Shown here piece by piece: positions 52,656 through 62,901 of a DNA stretch of 64,000 bases. Every line of letters begins with the position of its first letter. Positions within the stretch are counted from its first letter, which is position 1. Both the position numbers and the translations under genes were made by a program. The DNA lies in the NCBI GenBank assembly GCA_026770705.1, contig JANJGN010000052.1, positions 3,224,001 to 3,288,000 on the forward strand. Direction: 5' to 3'. The notes beneath the pieces are model-generated. The model was given only the letters and a program-made list of their open reading frames with translations. It made no database searches and was not told the origin of the DNA. Origin of the DNA: Isurus oxyrinchus (lineage: Eukaryota).

Positions 52656-52695
52656 CTTGGAGAAGTGACAGGAGGAAGTAAGATTTCCTGATCAT
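52656..52695 (-). CDS. Distal leader exon whose own V exon appears deleted
   Basis: MIRKSYFLLSLLQ+G|gtaata; its downstream intron matches the gene C leader-V intron. Confidence 0.75.
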
Positions 52696-53265
52696 TGTCC
52701 ACTCCCAGGTATTTCATTGGTTCTCAAGCTGTGAAAGAGAAATGAGTTAACGAGACCTCACCTCTTGTCCGACACCTCTCGAGAGATCAGAACTGCTTTT
52801 AGACAATGTCTTCACAGACTAATTTCATTCTCTGTGGGATGATATGTGCTCTGCAGAGAGTTACAAGGCTTTAAGAAAGTAAAACAATGAAGGACTTGCA
52901 TTTCTATAGCACCTTTCACCACCTCAGGACATCCCAAATCTCATGTCCCTGCACTTCCCTCATCCCTTGAGCTAGAAAGATGTTCTGTACAACAGACTTG
53001 AGCCTCACACCATGATCTCAATAATCAGTAGAAATCTTTCAAAGGCATCAATCATTGGAATCTGTCTTTATAAAGTCACAACATCAACAAAGGACGGTGT
53101 TGGTGGTGGAAGTGAATTCCAATCATTCCATTACTTACCCAGGACCTGTCCGACTGCTCGCCTGGGGAGGAACTGCCCACACGCTCTGCTTGTGCTGAAT
53201 GACCTCTTCCTGTGCTGCTCCCTCTGTGTATTTAATTAGAAAGGGTTGACGTGTCACTGTGAGAC

Positions 53266-53280
53266 AAAATGAGGAAGTGG
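53266..53280 (+). promoter_or_regulatory. PU.1/Spi-type ETS site upstream of the putative first exon
   Basis: aaaatgaggaagtgg; equivalent site at 50999-51012 (aaaatgaggaagtt). Confidence 0.45.
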
Positions 53281-53389
53281 TTAGTACCAAGTTAGAAAGC
53301 ATCTCTTTGCCTCGCACAGTTAGAAAACTGTTAACCCTTTGTGTGCCAAGAATGTGGCTGAAGGGCCATCGACTTTTCACATGCAAAAA

Positions 53390-53980
53390 GCTCGAGGGGG
53401 TTGAACGGGCCTCCTCCTGTTCCAGTGTAACAGGCTTGAGGGGCTGAATGGACCTCCTCCTGTTCCTGTGTAACAGGCTCGAGGGGGCTGAATGGGCCTC
53501 CTCCTGTTCCTGTGTAACAGGCTCGAGGGGGCTGAATGGGCCTCCTCCTGTTCCTGTGTAACAGGCTTGAGTGGCTGAATGGGCCTCCTCCTGTTCCTGT
53601 GTAACAGGCTCGAGGGACTGAATGAACCTCCTCCTCTGCTTCTTGTGTAACAGCCTTGAGGGTCTGTTTGGGCCCCCTCATGTTCTTATATAAGATGCTC
53701 GTGTGGCTGAATGAGACTTGTCCTGTTCCTATGTAACTGACTTGAGGGGCTTAATGGACCTCCTCCTGTTCCTGTTCATCAAGCTCATGGGGCTGAAATG
53801 ACGTCCTTACGTTCTGGTGTTAGAGGCTTGAAGGTCTGAATGGGCCTCCTCCTGTTGCTGTGTAACAGGCTCGAGGGGCTGAATGGCCTCCTCCTTTTCC
53901 TGTATAACAGGCTCATGGGGCTGAATGGCCTCCTCCTGTTCCTGTGTAACAGGGTCGAGGGGCTGAATGTCCTCCTCTCA
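53390..53980 (+). repeat. ~43-bp minisatellite derived from the CR1 3' end
   Basis: ggctcgaggggctgaatgggcctcctcctgttcctgtgtaaca units. Confidence 0.85.
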
Positions 53981-53981
53981 T

Positions 53982-54200
53982 TAAAAATAAATACTGCAGA
54001 TGTTGTAAATCTTAAATAAAAACGGAAAATGCTGCCTGAACTTAGCAGGTCTGGCAGCAGCTGTGGAGAGAGAAACAGAGTTCTTGCTTATAGACTCTGA
54101 AGAAGGGTCATACGGACTCGAAATGTTAATCCGGATTATCTCTCCACAGATGCTGCCAGACCTACTCAGTTTCTCCAGCATTTTCTGTTTTTATTTCAGG
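53982..54200. mobile_element. Short inverted Penelope terminal-repeat pair with hammerhead-like core
   Basis: Inverted arms around CTGAAGAagggtcatacggactcGAAA (~54098-54123). Confidence 0.65.
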
Positions 54201-55314
54201 TGCTCTCTTGTTCCTGTGTAGCAGGTTCGAGGGGGCTGAATGGCCTCCTCCTGTTCCTATTCAATGGGCAGTCAAAGTATGCGTCTGATTTGGGACCTCA
54301 AACCCAATTCTGTCCTCAGGACATTGACAGATGGAGAGACCAGTTACAGGTTAAGGCCGGAGGATTATTTATTTTCCCAATCTTTTATCCAAGAATGTCA
54401 TCAAACATAGAGCGGAACCAGGATCAAGGATGTTGGTCTCTGTGATCTGTAACACATCGCACAGTCCACCCATCCACTCAGCCATCAGGATGGATGCTAA
54501 TTGTACTCTCCAAGTGTAAAAGACTAAAATGGTGGTTTATTGCAGCTCTATCTCATTCTGTTATCAAAGCTGTCTCATCCATCCATGACATATTGAAGAA
54601 GATAAACCTGCAACCAATTTTTCACATCATAATTTCCAATGTTCATTGGCAACATCAATGTAAACATGTCACGCTGAAATGATGTCCTCCCACCAGTGGT
54701 GGCACTGTAGCACATCTGTTATCCTCTGAGCTGCAGAGAACTTCTCAAATCTCCAAACAAATTGTTTCCCTGTTTCCCAGATTCTTGTTTGTTTCGCTGT
54801 TTAACGATGAAGTGTAAAATCCAAATATATTTCTGAAAATACATTTGATTACAAAATGCTGAGTAAATTTTGCCAATCTCCTCTGCTCCAATTATCCACC
54901 GATCCTGCATTTCATGAAGTCTACACTGGCTGATGAATATTCTGTAAACACTGACAGACAGGAAGCTGAATAACAGAATGAAAATTAACTCATAATCACG
55001 GACACGGGATTGAATTTGTCCGTTCTGTCCTGGTACATCATCGAACGATATCTAAAGACATTTACAATCAGAATGGAGAGAAGGATGTTTCCAACAGTGA
55101 GGGACAATTCTGAAGGAGGATGTTCGAATTGAAACCCACAGACAATCATCCTGGATAGATCATTCCAAAGAAATTCCATCAGATTGTAACAAGAGGTTTA
55201 AATCTATTTCCTGGGAGTGAGTTCCTGTGGATATTAGGAAGGTAAATTGGAGTTTTGAATGATTCTCCCATTCTGTATTCTCCCCACACTGTGTGTGTCT
55301 CATTCTTGCTCAGT

Positions 55315-55431
55315 TTATAAATTCCCATAAACAGAATCCTCAGCAAATTCACAGTTTGCGTAAAGATCATCATCTGTATCAGGATTGACTCCGCGGTTAG
55401 ATTTCATTTCCAGATCCTTCTCATCTTTCTT
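55315..55431 (-). CDS. Terminal cytoplasmic exon with tandem Tyr motifs (DLYANC-x7-YGNL*), probably the gene C tail
   Basis: tttctgtttctattacag acceptor; phase 0 KKDEKDLEMKSNRGVNPDTDDDLYANCEFAEDSVYGNL*. Confidence 0.7.
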   Translation of the reverse strand, partial: KKDEKDLEMKSNRGVNPDTDDDLYANCEFAEDSVYGNL

Positions 55432-55752
55432 CTGTAATAGAAACAGAAATGATCAGAGTGACAATCAGAGTGATCAGTGTTTAGTATTATTGATCCAAAT
55501 CGAAAATTCCACCCACCATAGATACATTAATTATTGATACTGAACGGGGTTTGATTATTGATACTGAACGGGGTTTGATTATTGATACTGAACGGGGTTT
55601 GATTATTGATTCTGAACGGTGTTGGGTGTGAGTTTGGTTGGGTTTGGGAGTGACTGTATAAAACATTGCAGATACAGGACTGGAGCAACCATATCAATAA
55701 CCAGGCTACTGGAGCAGCTGAGAGGCTGGGGATCCTGTGGTGTGTGACTCAC

Positions 55753-55857
55753 CTGATTCCTCAAAGCCTAACCACGCTCACAGTTTTCATAAACAGGACC
55801 TCGATATTCATCAACACGGTGGTTCGATTTGATTCCTGCTTTCCCCTCACCTCTCTT
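55753..55857 (-). pseudogene. Paralogous cytoplasmic exon with YENC motif and an in-frame TAG
   Basis: ctctattacag acceptor and CAG|gtgagt donor; 105 nt, phase 0-0; KRGEGKAGIKSNHRVDEYRGPVYENCERG*ALRNQ. Confidence 0.65.
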
Positions 55858-56632
55858 CTGTAATAGAGATGGAAATGGACAGTGTGACAATCAACATGAT
55901 GTGTATTCGGTGTTGGGTTTGATTATTGGGGACAGAGTTCCAGATTTCCACTCCCCTTTGTGTGAAGAAGTGCTTCCTGACATCACCCCTGAACGGCCTG
56001 GCTCCAATCTGAAGTTCCAGCCCCCTTGTTCTGGACTCCACCCGACCTCCACCACCCACCCCCACCCGAGGGAATAGCTTCTCTCTATCGACCCTATCGA
56101 GTGTTTAATCATTTTGAATCTCTCAGTTAGATCCCTCCTTAATCTCCTAGACCTGAGGGAATATAATCGTAGACTGTGTGTAACCTGTCTGCACAATTTA
56201 CCCAGAAAGATGTTCTGTACAACAGACTTGAGTCTCACACCCAGATCTCAATAATCAGTAGAAATCTTTCAAAGGCATCAATCATTGGAATCTGTCTTTA
56301 TAAAGTCACAACATCAACAAAGGACGGTGTTGGTGGTGGAAGTGAATTCCAATCGTTCCGTTACTTACCCAGGACCTGTCCGACTGCTCGCCAGGGGAGG
56401 AACTGCTTGGGCTGAATGACCTCTTCCTGTGCTGCTCCCTCTGTGTATTTAATGAGAAAGGGTTGATGTGTCACTGTGAGTCAAATCAGGAATTGGGGAA
56501 CAATTGTGAAAACTCTTTCACTGAAACGTAGGGCCTTAGTGTTGTGTTGTAAGAAAACTGTTAACCCTTTGTGTCCTGACTCTGTGTCGTGATTCCTGTG
56601 TAAAGCTGAACAGTCGTTGAGCGAGTTTCAAT

Positions 56633-56693
56633 TCACTGCTCACTCCAGGTGTTGAGGTGGATCTTCTGATGGAGCAGATGTTGCTCAGTGCTC
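56633..56693 (-). CDS. Candidate first cytoplasmic exon of gene C
   Basis: ttttaag acceptor, in frame with TM: KSTEQHLLHQKIHLNTWSEQ*; alternative gtgagc donor at 56643. Confidence 0.4.
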
Positions 56694-57143
56694 CTTAAAA
56701 TTGTGAGAGACTGAACAACGTGTAGGAGGATGAGAGAGAGAATGAGAAGGAGAGCATTAGTGGAGATTGGGGAGAGAGTGAATGAGAGAGAGAATGAGAA
56801 GGAGAGTATTAGTGGAGATAAGAGAGAGTGAATTAGACACTGAAAATGGAAAGAGATTGCATTCACTAACAAAAGAATGTTTTCATTTATATATCCCCTT
56901 TCACATCCTCAGGAAGTCACAAGGTATTTTATGGTCCAGGTCAACACTGCCAGTTACAGGACTGAGTTGTGAAACATTGAGTGTTGGATGAGATGTTAAA
57001 CAATGAGTGAACATCAAAGCTCTTCAGGGGTTGTGAAGGGTTTTGGGTTGTGAAAGGTGTTATAGAAATGCAAGTTCTTTCTATAAGGGGAGAAGGTTGA
57101 AGAAAACATGTTCAAAAACAACCAATTAAACCTTCACACTTAC

Positions 57144-57240
57144 TTTCTCACACACTTGAAGATGAAGAATCCACTCAGTCCAACACTCAAACAGATTCCA
57201 GCTCCAAGCAATCCTGCTTTCCATTCATTGGAATCTCGCC
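57144..57240 (-). CDS. Gene C transmembrane exon
   Basis: 97 nt, paralog of the gene A TM; GRDSNEWKAGLLGAGICLSVGLSGFFIFKCVRK. Confidence 0.8.
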
Positions 57241-58299
57241 CTGTAAAATCAGCCAATGAATGACTCCGGTACAGTTTGAGAATGGTTCCCTGTGTACATG
57301 TAGTAATTCTGAACTTGTGAAGTGATATTGTCTATGCATGAAAGGTCTATACAAACAACATTTATCTATGTAATATTTATTGATAATATCCATGTACATG
57401 CAGGTTTCTATAAGGAGGATTCACATATAACAGAGGTGCCAAGCTGCTGAGGTGACACACAGGACTACATACATGCCAAAAAGCGGAAACAACATGCTAT
57501 CGACAGACAAAGCGATCCCACAACCAACAGGTCAGATCTAAGCTCTGCAGTCCTGCCACATCCAGTCATGAATGGTGATGGACAATTAAAGATCTAACAG
57601 GAGGAGGATGTTCCACAAATATCCCCATCCTTAATGATGGGGGAGCTCAGCACATCAGTGCAAACGACAAGGCTGAAGCATTGGCAACCATGTTCAGCCA
57701 GAAGTGCTGAGTGGATGCTCCATCTCGGCCTCCTCCAGAGGGTCCCAGCATCACAGACGTCAGCTTTCAGACAATTCGATTGACTCCACGTGACATCAGG
57801 AATCAGCTGATGATACTGGATACAGCAAAGGCTATTGGCCCTGGCAACAACCCAGCAACAGGAAATAATGTGGCTACAAGAGCGGGTCAGAGGCTGGGAA
57901 CTCTGCGGTGAATAACTCACCTCCTGACTCCCCAAAGCCTGTCCACCATCGACAAGGCACAAGTCAGGAGTGTGATGGAATAATCTCCAATTGCCTGAAT
58001 AAGTGCAGCTCCAACAACACTCAAGAAGCTCGACACCATCCAGGAGCAGCTTGTTTGATCGACAGCCCATCCACCAGCATAAACATTGATACCCTCCACC
58101 ACTGGCACACAATGGCAGCAGTGTGTGCACCATCTACAAGATGCACTGCAGCAACTCACCGAGGCTCCTTCGACAGCACCTTCCAAACTCTTAACCTCTT
58201 CCACCGAGACAGTTCCAAGTCAGTGAGGTGTTTGACTTGGAGGCGAACTTGAGGTGGTGGTCTGCCCTGTGACTTGGAACTATATCGGCCGTTCCTTCG

Positions 58300-59690
58300 G
58301 AGAATCAGTACTGATGGAGTGCTGCACTGTTGGAGGATCAGTACTGAGGGAGTGCTGCACTGTTGAAGGTTCTGTACTGATGGAGTGGTGCACTGTCGGA
58401 GGGTCAGTACTGAGGGAGAGCTGCACTGTCGGTGGGACAGTACTGAGGGAGTGTTGCACTGTCGGAGGATCAGTACTGAGGGAGTTCTGCACTGTGGGAG
58501 GGTCAGTATTTAGTGAGCTCTGCACTGTCGGAGGTTCAGTACTGAGGGTGTGCTGCACTGTCGGAGGGTCAGTACTGAGGGAGTGCTGCACTGTCGGAGG
58601 GTCAGTAATTAGGGAGCTCTGCACTGTTGGAGGGTCAGTACTGAGGGAGTGCTGCACTGTCGGAGCGTCAGTACTGAGGGAGTGCTGCACTGTCGGATGG
58701 TCAGTACTGAGGGAGTGCTGCACTGTCGGAGGGTCAGTAATTAGGGAGCTCTGCACTGTTGGATGGTCAGTACTGAGGTCGTGTTGCACTGTCGGAGGGT
58801 CAGTACTGAAAGAGTGCTGCACTGTCGGTGGGTCAGTAATTAGGGAGCTCTGCACTGTCGGAGGGTCAATACTGAGGGAGTGCTGCACTGTCAGAGTGTC
58901 GGTATTTAGGGAGTGCTGCACAGTCAGAGGGTCAGTAGTGAGGGAGTGCTGCACTGTTGGAGGGTCAGTACTGAGGGAGTGCTGCACTGTCGGAGGGTCA
59001 GTACTGAGGGAGTGCTGCACTGTTGGAGGGTCAGTACTGAGGGAGCTCTGCACTGTCAGAGGGTCAGTACTGAGTGAGTGCTGCACTGTTGGACGGTCAG
59101 TACTGAGGGAGGGCTGCACTTTTGGATGGTCAGTAATTAGGGAGTTCTGCACTGTTGGAGGGTCAGTACTGAGGGAGTGCTGCACTGTTGGAGGGTCAGT
59201 AATTAGGAGCTCTGCTCTGACGGAGGGTCAGTAGTGAGGGAGTGCTGCACTGTCGGAGGATCAGTACTGAGGGAGTGCTGCACTGTCGGAGGGTCAGCAC
59301 TGAGGGAGTGCTGCACTGTTGGAGGGTCAGTATTAACGCAGTGCTGCACTGTTGGAGGGTCAGTATTGAGGCAGTGCTGCACTGTTGGAGGGTCAGTACT
59401 TAGGGAATGCTGCACTGTCGGAGGGTCAGTACAGGAAGAGTGCTGCATTGTCGGAGCGTCAGTAATTAGGGAGCTCTGCACGGTTGGAGGGTCAGTACTG
59501 AGGAAGTGCTGCACTGTTGGAGGGTCAGTAATTAGGGAGCTCTGCACTGTTGGAGGGTCAGTACTGAGGGAGTGCTGCACTGTCGGAGGGTCAGTACTGA
59601 GTGAGTGCTGCACTGTCAGAGGGTCAGTACTGAGGGAGTGCTGCACTGTTGGAGGGTCAGTAATTAGGGAGCTCTGCACTGTTGGAGGGT
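58300..59690 (+). repeat. Large 33-bp minisatellite array, about 42 units
   Basis: Visible units; explains the 326-aa and 301-aa ORFs. Confidence 0.95.
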
Positions 59691-59691
59691 G

Positions 59692-60343
59692 ATAAGACCA
59701 TAAGACCACAAGACATCAGAGCAGAAGGAGGCCATTCGGCCAATCAACTCTGCTCCGCCATTCAATGACACCATGGCTGATCTGACAATCCTCAACTCCA
59801 CTTTCCTGCTTCTTCCCCATAGCCTTTGATTCCCTGACTGATTAAAAAACTGTGTATCTCAGCCTTGAATATAATTAATGACCCAGCCTCTGCAGCTCTC
59901 TGCGGTAAAGAATTCCACACATTCACTACCCTCTGAGAGAAGAAACTCCTCATCTCTGTCTTAAATGGGTGACCCCTTACTCTGAGATTATGCCCTCTGG
60001 TCCTAGACTCTCCCACAGGGGGAAACAACCTCTCAGCATCTACCCTGTCAAGCACCCTAAGAATCTTATATGTTTCAATAAGGTCAGCTCTCATTCTCCT
60101 AAACTCCAATGAGTACAGGCCCATCCTACTCAACCTCTCCTCATATGAAAATCCCTCATTTCTGGGATCAACCTAGTGAACCTTCTCTGGACTGCCTCCA
60201 ATGCCAGTACATCTTTCCTTAGATAAGGGAACCAAAACTGCTCACAGTGTTCTAGGTGTGGTCTAACTAGTGCCTTGTATAGTTTTAGCAAGGCTTCCCT
60301 ATTTTTATACTCCATTCCCTTTGAAATAAAGGCCAACATTCCA
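59692..60343 (-). mobile_element. CR1 3' fragment, duplicate of 2603-3255
   Basis: Near-identical sequence and the same junction with the satellite. Confidence 0.9.
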
Positions 60344-60569
60344 AATACTATGTGCATTTAAGTCAAGAGGCATTAATTTTGTCTTTTTATCATTTCCCCC
60401 CCTCTGACACTATTTGCTGATGTATTTTTATGTTTGGACACTGTCACACACTGGGTATCATTGCCAAAACAGCTATCCTGCAATGCTAATAAATCCTTTT
60501 GGTTTGTAACTGTACATATACCCTCTCCAGAAACATTCGCCCCACACTCTATTTAGTTTAAAGCCAATA

Positions 60570-61620
60570 GTGAGGTAGTGCAGCACTGTCAAAGGGTCAG
60601 TACTGAGGGAGTGCTGCATGTGGGAGGGTCAGTACTGAGGGAGTGCTGCACTGTGGGAGGGTCAGTACTGAGTGAGTGCTGCATGTGGGAGGGTCAGTAC
60701 TGAGGGAGTGCTGCATGTGGGAGGGTCAGTACTGAGGGAGTGCTGCATGTGGGAGGGTCAGTACTGAGTGAGTGCTGCATGTGGGAGGGTCAGTACTGAG
60801 GGAGTGCTGCATGTGGGAGGGTCAGTACTGAGGGAGTGCTGCAGATGGGAGGGTCTGTACTGAGGGAGTGCTGCACTGTGGGAGGGTCAGTACTGAGTGA
60901 GTGCTGCATGTGGGAGGGTCAGTACTGAGGGAATGCTGCATGTGGGAGGGTCAGTACTGAGGGAGTGCTGCATGTGGGAGGGTCAGTACTGAGGGAGTGC
61001 TGCAGGTGGGAGGGTCAGTACTGAGGGAGTGCTGCACTGTCAGAGGTTCAGTACTGTGGAAGTGCTGCACTGTGTGTGGGGGGGAGATTCAGTACTGTGG
61101 AAGTGCAGCACTGTTTGAAGGTCTCGACCGAGGATCTGTTGTATTTTCAGAGGGTCAGTCAGGAGGGAGATATGAAATGTTGGATTTTCAGTCCTGAGGG
61201 AGCACTGCAGAGTTGGAGGGTCAGCAGTGAAGGAGTGCTGCACTGTCGGAGAGTCAGTACTGAGGGATTGTTTCATTATTGGAGGGTCAGAACTGAGGCA
61301 GTGCTGCACTGTCAGAGGGTCAGTACTGAGGGAGTGCTGCAATGTCAGAGGATCAGTACTGAGGGAGAGCTGCAATTTCAGCAGGTCAGTACTGAGGGAG
61401 TGCTGCACTGTCAGAGGGTCAGTACTGAGGGAGTGCTACACTGTCAGAGGGTCAGTGCTGAGGGAGTTCTGCACTGTTGGAGGGTCAGTACTGAGGGATT
61501 GCTGCACTGTTGGAGGATCAGTACTGAGGGAGTGCTGCACTGTCAGGCGGTCAGTACTGAGGGAGTGCTGCACTGTCAGGCGGTCAGTACTGAGGGAGTG
61601 CTGCACTGTCAGGGGGTTAG
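60570..61620 (+). repeat. 33-bp minisatellite array including a 31-bp variant block (~60600-61020)
   Basis: ctgcatgtggg variant lacking 2 nt. Confidence 0.92.
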
Positions 61621-61835
61621 TATATTGTGAATGATGCTCTGCTCTATCAGCTTCTTGGCTGGAAAAAAAAGCTCCAGTGTTAATGTTCAGAAACTGTCAT
61701 TAACTGTTTTCTGGTCAGTGTTTTTCCCTAAACTACAGATGATCTGGTTCTCATCAGAATACCTTTCTATGGGATCCTGCTGTGCACAATATAGACTGTT
61801 CCAGAGAATGTAGAATGAAGGATGTCTGTACTTAC

Positions 61836-62132
61836 CTTGCACAGTTAGTACGAGGGTCCGCTCCGATGAAACAGATGGATATCTCACTCTGCAGCTGAGA
61901 GTGTGTCCGTGGTGTTTGAGTGATGGGGTCAGGGTCAGAACAGAAGTAAAGGTCAGAGTGACACCATGCTGAGTTACAGTGTTTGAGACTGATCCAGGTA
62001 CGTCAGTGGGAGTGTCCCAGGTTAAGACAGGTGCTGCTGTTCCATTGCACGTTGTGTTGAAGGTGCAGCTTACATCCACACGCTTTCCTGCAATAATTTC
62101 AGCAGGGAATATCGTGGGTTTATCTGTGAAAT
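61836..62132 (-). CDS. Gene C C2-set exon (open, but in a probable pseudogene)
   Basis: 297 nt, near-identical to d2 of genes A and B. Confidence 0.85.
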
Positions 62133-62532
62133 CTAACAGACAGAGAATGGATCCTTTTAGAGAAATATAACGTGAAGCATCAGTTCAAATAGAAACCACA
62201 GTCCCACAAGAGAAAGCACTTTTACAAGGATGATATCAGAACTGAGAGGTTACAATGATCAGGAAATTATTTTAAACAGGATTAGAGAGATCGATGAGAG
62301 TGGATAACCTGCTAACTTTGATGGACACAGTCAATACATTTAATCATTGATATTAAAGTGAGTATTAGAGGTTGCTTTAGGACTGATCTGGAAGCTATCA
62401 CCAGGTTATTGAGAATCAGACAGTGTGTTATAATAAACTGTGTTTTGTGTTAATATGTAAACGTCACAGTTTGTGTTAATTCCCATTGAGTGTTGAATGT
62501 GAATTGTTGAGTAATTATAACACAGCACTTAC

Positions 62533-62901
62533 CAGAAACCTGAAGCTGGGTTACAGGCTAGTAGTTGTAACTATTACTGCTGTCAAATTCTATCCTGAAG
62601 AAATAAGGTCCTGCATCTTCTCATCTGATGTTGTTTATAATCAGGGAACAGTCGCCATCTTTCAGGTCTCCAGACAGCCGGGTCCGATGGTGGAACCGTG
62701 GTAACTCGTGACTGTGATCCTTGGAGTGAAAGGCAATGGGAGATCCAGGAATCTGATTCTCATTATTAAACCAGACTCCGACTCGTGGTTGGCTTTCCAA
62801 ATGTGATGGATAACTGTAATGACATGGAATCTGTACACACGAATCTTCCTGCGCTGTCACCTCTCGTGGAGTGTCACCTTTCCACTCTTGTGACAGTCCA
62901 A
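62533..62901 (-). pseudogene. Gene C V-set exon with two in-frame stops
   Basis: TGA at 62621-62623 and TAG at 62558-62560; otherwise colinear at 369 nt with YFFRIE and intact splice sites. Confidence 0.92.

Noticed and set aside
55530-55620. 24-bp x4 intronic tandem repeat
   Set aside because: Ordinary minisatellite
58254-59709. Long ORFs of 326, 301 and 168 aa, and similar ones at 13127, 28502, 29203, 61076
   Set aside because: Translations of the stop-poor 33-bp satellite, open on both strands; no evidence of coding
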